Positions 52,872 to 64,000 of a DNA stretch of 64,000 bases are shown piece by piece (position 1 is the first letter of the stretch; each line of letters opens with the position of its first letter). The stretch is taken from the NCBI GenBank assembly GCA_963693365.1, contig CAVNZM010000007.1, positions 2,651,979 through 2,715,978 on the forward strand, in the 5' to 3' direction. This DNA comes from Amoebidium appalachense (lineage: Eukaryota; Protista; Ichthyosporea). The position numbers were made by a program, and so were the translations under genes. The notes below the pieces were generated by a model. The model ran no database searches, was not told the origin of the DNA, and was given only the letters and a program-made list of their open reading frames with translations.

Positions 52872-53664
52872 AGAGAGAGCAAGCGACGGAGTACCTGGGG
52901 GGGAGGGGGAGGGGGGAGAGGGGGGGACAGGGAGAGACACAAAGACTGACATTTTTTTGTGATTAGATTTCGAGTGTGGCAGGGTCTACACATGGGGTTA
53001 CCTAATACAAGACAAAAAAAAAAAAAATAAGGGAGGGAGGGGGGGGGGGGGGGGGGGGGGGGGAGGAGGAGGCGGGCATCTCAACAATCCTTTCGAAAGA
53101 CTTGAAAAGGATTATTGCCGAGAAGAAGTGTCTGGGGCGTCTCGGCCTTTTGGGTCGTACAGCACAGCTGTCAACACCTGGACAGACTAGTCTCCGAGGG
53201 AGATCTCTACTTAGCCTAGGTGACACAGGGGAGGGAGGGAGGGAGGGAGGGAAAGGAGAGATGGAGGGCGGGGGGGGGGGGGGGGGGGGGGGGAGAGGGA
53301 GGGGGGGGAGGGGGGAGGGGGGAGGGGGAGTGTGAGAGGGAGGGGCAAAGGAATTCTGAGGGAAGGAGGGAGGGAGCTAGGGAGGCCTAGGGATGGAGGG
53401 GGAGAGGGGGGAGAGGGCGAGAGAGAGAGACGAAGGAGGAGGAAGATTTTTAGTTAGCTTTCAAGTGTGACAGGGTCGACACAAGAGTTACCCAAAACCA
53501 AGGCAAAAGAAAAAGGGCAAGCGAACAATCATCTTAAAACAGTAATTGGGATAAATCAATGCCGAGAACTCGAATGCTGCGAGCTCTGTGACCCAACACG
53601 GTGACTCTGGCTTGTCCAGCTCATACTACATACTCTGACAGAGTAGGAGTTTGCCGGATCTATA

Positions 53665-53693
53665 TTTTGGCGCCAAAAAGATGCTCGTCCAAT
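53665..53693. promoter_or_regulatory. E2F-type palindrome TTTTGGCGCCAAAA + CCAAT upstream of ZnF copy B
   Basis: 14-bp perfect palindrome followed by CTCGTCCAATCAAACAT, conserved at 56731-56758. Confidence 0.55.
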
Positions 53694-53973
53694 CAAACAT
53701 CCAAATGCATGTCTAATCGCATACTTTATCACTCATAAGTTCCGGTCACCAGACCGTTGACACCCGGCTGAGCTGCTATGTACGGCGACCGCTGCATAGA
53801 CCGCTCTGTACAGAGCCGGGCGGCCTGGGCCGCCTGGCAGTCAAAAACACAACCCTGCAGAGTCTGCCGGTCTTCCTTTTGTTAGTAGGGTAGCCTTGAT
53901 AGGCAAAAAAACAACGTACATCCCCTCTTAAATAAAAAGGGAAAACAGAACGTTTTAGTCTTATCAATCAGCA

Positions 53974-55181
53974 ATGATTCCTGCGGCGCTAAGAAGGTGG
54001 GTTTTTGTCCACCCCCCGTCCACACGCGCAGGCCACACCTACACACAGCCTCTGCGCGTGAAGCAGGAGGAAGGGGTGAAGCAGGGGTGAAAGATGAGGC
54101 AGGGGTGAAGCAGGAGGAAGGGTTGGAAACATCGTTCTATGTCGGTGCCAAGGCGGCTGAGAAGAGCCCGAAGCGGTGCTGGACGGCCGACGGGTGCCGC
54201 CATGGCACGGCAACGATTCTGCCCGCGACACACCCCCGGCCTCTCCGCCTACCACAGCTCAAGACCCCCCCCCCAAAATACGCCCTACCCGAGGGGTTGC
54301 AAAAACGGGTAGCTGATGTGGGAACGGCACTCAAGGTAGAGCCGGGTGGTATCTTGGGGAATATGAAGCTGCTAGTGATTTAGAAAACACCAGGGGCAAG
54401 CAATGGGAGAAAGGAGAAGGAGGGTCCGCAAGTGAAGAGGACAGGGTGTTTGTGTGCGAGTACGGTTGTGGATACGAAGCTTCCGAATACAGTGACGTGG
54501 TACGGCACGAACACACACATACGGGGGAGGGGACATACGCTTGTGCTGAGCCGGGATGCGGTGCATGTTTCATGCGACAAGAGCACTTAAAAGTGCACAA
54601 ACACGTTTACAAAAGGCAAAGGCCCTATACGTGCACGGAGGACGGGTGTGGTGTGCAATATGCTAGCAAAGGGGGATTAAGACACCACATGACCAAACAC
54701 ACGGGAGAAAAAAAGCATGCGTGTTTGTTTTTACGACGGTTGCAACATGTCCTTTGCGAATAAAGGGACTCTTAATAGGCACCTCTGCACTCACACGGGG
54801 GAGAAGCCGTTTGTATGTCCCCAGCCCGGGTGTGGGGCAGCATTTTCCCAGGCCTGGAGTTTGAGGACACACCAACGCATACACTCTGATGAGAAATCAT
54901 GCAAATGTTCATACCCTGGGTGTGACGCGAGTTTTTCAATGATCAGTGCACGTACTAGTGTTCCTGAAAGAAGACAGTGTCACACGGGGGAGAAGCTTTA
55001 CCCTTGCACTTTTCCTGGATGTGGTAAAGCCTTTCCAGCCAAGACGCCCCTTACTAGGCATATGTGTGTGCACACAGGAGAGAAGCCTTTTGTCTGTGAA
55101 TATCCGGACTGTACGGCACGGTATCGTAACCCCCGCGACTTGAAGAAACACGTAAAGAGAGAACATGTTGCCTCTTTTTGA
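53974..55181 (+). pseudogene. Intronless 8-finger C2H2 gene, copy B, frameshifted
   Basis: Close paralog of copy C. It has a 1-nt deletion at ~54354, a 4-nt GTTT duplication at ~54725 (frameshift at the start of finger 4), and small insertions plus a His-to-Pro change in finger 6. Confidence 0.85.
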
Positions 55182-55264
55182 CTTGAGAAGTGTGTAAGGC
55201 TTAGGCATCCAAGGCAACACACACAAAAAAAAGGAGAGGCAGAGAAAAAAACAGACACACGCAC

Positions 55265-55384
<120 letters not shown>

Positions 55385-55462
55385 GCAGACACACGTGCAC
55401 GTACACACACAAACGCACACGTGTGCGCGCAGACACTGGTAGGCACGCACACTTACCATACA

Positions 55463-55608
55463 TCGGTGCTTTGCACAGACTACTAGCACCACCACCACCG
55501 TTCTTTTTCACTCACTCTTGGAATGTAAAAGCTTTGGCCCGGTGCTTTGCACAGACTACCAGCACCACCACCACCGTTCTTTTTCGCTCACTTTTGGAAT
55601 GTAAAAGC
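55463..55608. repeat. ~77-bp tandem duplication
   Basis: CGGTGCTTTGCACAGACTAC.AGCACCACCACCACCGTTCTTTT...TTGGAATGTAAAAGC occurs twice. Confidence 0.85.
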
Positions 55609-56730
55609 AGCCAAAACTTTTGTCTTTCGTGCTTTATATTTCCGCTGGAACAGCACAACACTCCCATCTCTAGGGTGCAGTGTGGGAAGTTATCTAGTAA
55701 CTCGATGTACAGAATGTAGCCACCTGCAATGAAAGTGTTGGCCCTGTGAGCTTGATTCAGCCTCCCCCCCCCCCCCCCCCTTTCCCCCCCGCACGTTGTC
55801 CCACTGCGTCACCTTGACCAGGGACTAAAACGCTCACAACCACAAGCTTGCACGGCGCATGCGCAAGGAGGGGAGGGGGAGCGGGAGGGGGAGGATAGGA
55901 GGGAGCCACTTAGAGGGTGGATGAGGAAAGGATTCCTTGACTGTGGGAAGATGGGAGGATATCGAAGGGCGGAGGTGACATTGGGAGAGGCGGAGGGTGG
56001 GGGAGGGGGGCGGGGAAGAAAGAGAGAGAGAGAGGGAGGGACGGAGGGAGGGAAAGTCAAAGGAGAGAGGAGATATGGAGGGAAGAGGGGGGGGGGGGGG
56101 GGGGGGATGTTGAGGAGGCCTCTGGGGGGGAGGGGGGGGGGGGGAGGGGGGCTGTTGGAGAGGAGTGAGACGGATGGAGGGAGGGAGGGAGAAAAAGGGA
56201 AGATGATATAGGGGTGGAGGGGAAAGAGGAGAGGGCGGCAAAATGAGGGGGGGGGGGGGGGGGGAGGGGGGGAGGGAGGGGAGGACTCAGGAGGGAAGGA
56301 GGGAGGGAGGGAGGGGAAGAGGAGGGGAAGGGAGAGAGAGAGAGACCAAGGACGAAGAGTTTGTGGTTAGCTTTCAAGTGTAACAGGATCAACAAAAGGG
56401 GTTACACAAAACAAAGCAAAAGATAAAAGGGTCATCGGACAATCTTCTTGAAACAGCAACTTGGGATAAATGTTGAAAGAAACTTTTGACGTGAGTCATT
56501 TGGGGGTCTCGAGCTCTGTGACAAGGCTTGCTCCATGGCCTGCATTGCTGCAATGAATTAGTCTCCAAGAACATGTACCCACTGGCTTACGTAATTGGCC
56601 GGGCACTACTACACTGCGGCAAAGAAAAAAAAAAGAAAAGAAAAAAAGAAAGAAAAAGAGGCCGCAGGGAAGACAGCACTCTCGGCTCTCTCCGAGTCGG
56701 AGACTCGGAGTGACTAGCTCAGATCTATTA

Positions 56731-56758
56731 TTTTGGCGCCAAAAAACGCTCGTCCAAT
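56731..56758. promoter_or_regulatory. E2F-type palindrome TTTTGGCGCCAAAA + CCAAT upstream of ZnF copy C
   Basis: Same motif pair as at 53665-53693. Confidence 0.55.
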
Positions 56759-57410
56759 CAAACATCTAATCGCCGGTCTAATCGCATACTTGTTTGCACA
56801 ACTCGGGGATTTCTGGTTTTCTCAGAGCTGTGTGTCACACTGAGAACCGTGAAGTGAACTTACACGAACCTCAAAGTTGTATACAGAGTAGTGGCGGCCT
56901 TCCTTTCGTTCATAAGGTGGCTTTGGTAGGCAAACAAAACAACGTGAATTCTTAAACGAAATAGAAAAACAACAATGTTTTAATATTAGTCTTGTCAAAC
57001 AGCAATGATTCCTGCGGCGCTTAGTACATGGGTTTTGGCCCCTCCGAGGCCCGTCCACACAGCCCAAGCCACACCAACACGCAGCCTCTGCCCATCAAGG
57101 AAGAGGAAGGCGTGAAGCAGGAGCCAGGGGTGAGCCTGAGGAAGGGGTGGAGCAGGAGGCAGGGGTGAAGCAAGAGGCAGGGGTGAAGCAGGAGGGGGTT
57201 GGAAACTTCGTTTTATGTCGGTGCCGAGGCGGCTGAGAAGAGCCCGAAGCGGTCGGCTGAGTTTTGGCTGGACGGCCGTTGGGTGAGGCCACGGCACGGC
57301 AACGATTTGTCCGGCGACACACCCCCGGCCTCTCCGCCAACAAGATCCCGAAAAAATCTCCAAAAATCACAATACCCGAGGGGTTGCAAGGATGGGTAGA
57401 TGATGTGGGT

Positions 57411-58256
57411 ATGGCATTTGAGGTAGAGTCGGGCGGTAGCGTTGGGAAATGTGAGGCCGCTAATGATTTGGAAAGCACCAGCGGAAAGCAAAGGGATGAA
57501 GGAGCGGGAAGGTCCGCAAGAAAAGAAGACAGGGTTTTTGTGTGCGAGTACGGTTGTGGGTACGAAGCTGGAGAGTACAGTGACGTGGCACGGCACGAAC
57601 GCACACATACGGGGGTGGGGACATACGTCTGTGCTGAGCCGGAATGCGGTGCATGTTTCACGCGACAGGAGCACTTAAAAGTGCATAAACACGTACACAA
57701 AAGGCAAAGGCTTTATACCTGCACGGAGGACGGGTGTGGTGTCCAGTATGCTAGCAAAGGGGGACTAAGATACCACATGACCAAACCCACGGGAGAAAAG
57801 AAGCATGTGTGTTTTTACGACGGTTGCAACATGTCCTTTGCGAATAAAGGAACTCTAAATAGGCACCTCTGCACACACACGGGGGAGAAGTCGTTTGTAT
57901 GTCCCCAGCCCGGGTGTGGGGCAGCGTTTTCCCAGGCCTACTCTTTGAGAAAACACCAACGCATACACACTGGTGAGAAATCATACAAATGTTCACAACC
58001 TGGGTGTGAGGCGAGTTTTTCAATGAGCGGTGCACGTATTGTTCATGAAAGGAGACACACGGGGGAGAAGCCTTACCCATGCACCTACCCTGGATGTGGT
58101 AAAGCCTTTCCAGCCAAGACGCCCCTTAGTAGGCATATTCTTGTGCACACACGAGAGAAGCCTTTTGTCTGTGAATATCCAGACTGCACTGCACGGTACC
58201 GCTACCCCTGCGAATTGAAGAAACATGGAAAGAGAGATCACGCTGCTTCTGCTTGA
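57411..58256 (+). CDS. Intronless C2H2 zinc-finger protein, copy C (8 fingers, 281 aa from the first in-frame ATG); the upstream repeat domain at 57005-57410 is frameshifted
   Basis: Uninterrupted array with C-x4-C fingers (finger 1 is C-x3-C) and TGEK-type linkers. Finger 3 has lost its last His (HMTKP). Confidence 0.75.
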   Translation: MAFEVESGGSVGKCEAANDLESTSGKQRDEGAGRSARKEDRVFVCEYGCGYEAGEYSDVARHERTHTGVGTYVCAEPECGACFTRQEHLKVHKHVHKRQRLYTCTEDGCGVQYASKGGLRYHMTKPTGEKKHVCFYDGCNMSFANKGTLNRHLCTHTGEKSFVCPQPGCGAAFSQAYSLRKHQRIHTGEKSYKCSQPGCEASFSMSGARIVHERRHTGEKPYPCTYPGCGKAFPAKTPLSRHILVHTREKPFVCEYPDCTARYRYPCELKKHGKRDHAASA

Positions 58257-58388
58257 CGTTAAATGTGTACAGAGATTAGGCATACAAGAGAACTTCCCTC
58301 CCTCTTCCCACCCCCCTTCCCCCCCCCCCCCTCCCCCCCCCCCCCTCTCCCCCTTGCCCCCTCCCCCCCACCCTTAAACACACACACA

Positions 58389-58443
<55 letters not shown>

Positions 58444-59128
58444 ACTCACACTCACTCACACTCACACACTCACACCGCACTGTGCACCACACACTCCCCA
58501 CAGCACCACCACCACCATCCTTTTAGAGTGAAAGCAAAACAAAACTCGTGTGGTTTAATATAATTTCCGTTGGACCAGCACAGCACTCTTATCCGGGACT
58601 TCTAGGGTACAGTGTTTGAGTATATATTTCGATACAAAGAAATAAACGTGTTGGCTTTGTGAGCGTGATATTCAGCCAGCCCCCCAGCCCCCCCCCCCCC
58701 CCTCCCCCCCCCCCCCTCTCCCCCCGTCCTTTAGCTCTCCTCCTCTTCCTCCCACCCTCCTCGTGCACTCACCTTCCACCTTCCCCCCAGCTGGACCGGT
58801 ACCTTCTCCCCCCCCCCCCCCCCAAACAACAACCACCACCACCACCGGTCACCACCACCACTAAAGGACCTCCCCCCCCCCCCCCTTCCCCCCCTGGCCC
58901 CGCAACACAAGCTGCACATGTGCTACTAAGGCTTAGGAGTGAATAAGATATATGAATTACTATTAGGGCGGTCCTTAGGGTTGGAATTGTGGAGGAGGAA
59001 GCTTCGCGGATTAAATTTAACTTACTTAAAGAAGAATTATTCAATGTCACAACCTACAAATTTTACAAATCTACAAATCAATTACCCAAAAAAAAAAAAC
59101 GTTGTACCGAAAGGGAAAAAGAGAGCTC

Positions 59129-59198
<70 letters not shown>

Positions 59199-59314
59199 TC
59201 CGAGAGAGAAGGGGGGGGGTGGGGGGGGATCCGGAGTGCAGGGAGCCCACTCCGGAAGCCCATCAGATGCATCAACCGACGTTTTTTTTTTTTTTTTTTT
59301 TTTTTTTTTGGTTT

Positions 59315-59365
<51 letters not shown>

Positions 59366-59687
59366 CCAAGTCGAGTTTTTCTTGCGATTTTATTTGCAAG
59401 AATATCGAATGTTGCTGATATGCACGTCACTACATATGTAATGGGCTAAGTCGATCCAGACAGCTCCAAACATACACACTGCAATAATAATAGCTCTACC
59501 TATTGGTTTAGAGTACACAGGACACTTCAATAGCCACACAATTACATAATGGGCTCAAAATATTTCTTCTCTCTCTCTCTCTCTTTTTTTGGCTTTTCAG
59601 AGACATTACGATAAATACCTAACGGTTTCAAAGCATACCACTAAATTAGCTACAAGTAAAGCGGACACAAACTAAGACCACAACGGA

Positions 59688-59765
<78 letters not shown>

Positions 59766-60522
59766 GTGTCACCTTGTTCCTCTCCCAAGGAATATCCAGC
59801 TCTTACAAGCTACTTCCCGCTGCCATTCAATCCGCAAATTTAAGAAAAATCTCGATAATACGATTCGCCAAGTGCGCGTCCAGCGCGCATAAACAAAGGA
59901 AACAAATATTTTTTCTTTTCCTTTTCATATTTTCCCGTTTTATGTTTTTTCTTTTTATCTTTTTGAATGAAAGAAGCTATTAGCTTGGTTGAGGGGCACA
60001 CAGTATATGACAAGTATGACACCATAGATAGACTCATATGCACGTGCGTGTGCGCAATGCTCTTCACAGTTCTGTTAGGAAAACACTTCTTTTCTTTTTT
60101 CTTTCTTTCTTTCTTTTTTTTCTGTTTCCGCTACTTATAATGTGTGCTTAAATAACAACCACACATACACATGCCGTCCAAGGGAACACGTGCCTATTAC
60201 GTTTACAGTGGCCAAGCCCACGCAGAACCAAGATACACATCATCTATCTTGAAAAGAGAGACCCCCCCCCCCCCCCCCCCCCCCCCAAAAAATAAAAAAA
60301 ATAAAAAAAATAAATAAAAAATAAAAAAGGCAAAGAATCAAAAGAAGAAGAACATTGAAGATTAGAGAAGAGGGAGAAGAGAAAAGAGAAAATGATTTAC
60401 ATACCACATTTTGTGTAATAAACACAGAAAAGAAGAATCTGAAGAAAAGATAAGTTTTTCAACACCACATGTTTGTAAACACAAAAAAAAAACACCTTCA
60501 ATGACCGACAGTGTGATATCAT

Positions 60523-64000
<3,478 letters not shown>

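Noticed and set aside
57411-58256. Calling the finger genes TFIIIA, GLI or MTF1 orthologs
   Set aside because: C-x4-C spacing is shared, but finger number and recognition helices do not match and vary among paralogs.

Overview
Eukaryotic genomic DNA with short exons and GT-AG introns, packed with poly-G/poly-C runs and (CA)n/(GA)n microsatellites. Most entries in the ORF track are translations of these repeats. The gene content suggests a holozoan, possibly a unicellular relative of animals, but this is inference. Gene models were built by hand from splice sites and reading phase. In order: (1) the 3' end of an unidentified Lys-rich gene; (2) a tandem pair of secreted two-FAS1 (fasciclin) genes, one intact and one frameshifted; (3) an intronless 4-TM orphan; (4) a PX-domain gene; (5) a 10-exon PLP-dependent D-cysteine desulfhydrase/ACC deaminase-family gene; (6) a 3-exon gene for an apparently secreted CHAD + DHH/DHHA2 phosphatase fusion with a Ser/Thr-rich tail, the best candidate for a novel system (extracellular polyphosphate handling); (7) three intronless 8-finger C2H2 genes with SUMO-motif repeats, in different states of decay; (8) a ZNF395/ZNF704/SLC2A4RG-type C2H2 + C-clamp transcription factor. 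Non-coding oddities include a perfect 44-bp hairpin, a larger fold-back, an array of palindromic units, and sense-strand C-runs just after most 5' splice sites.
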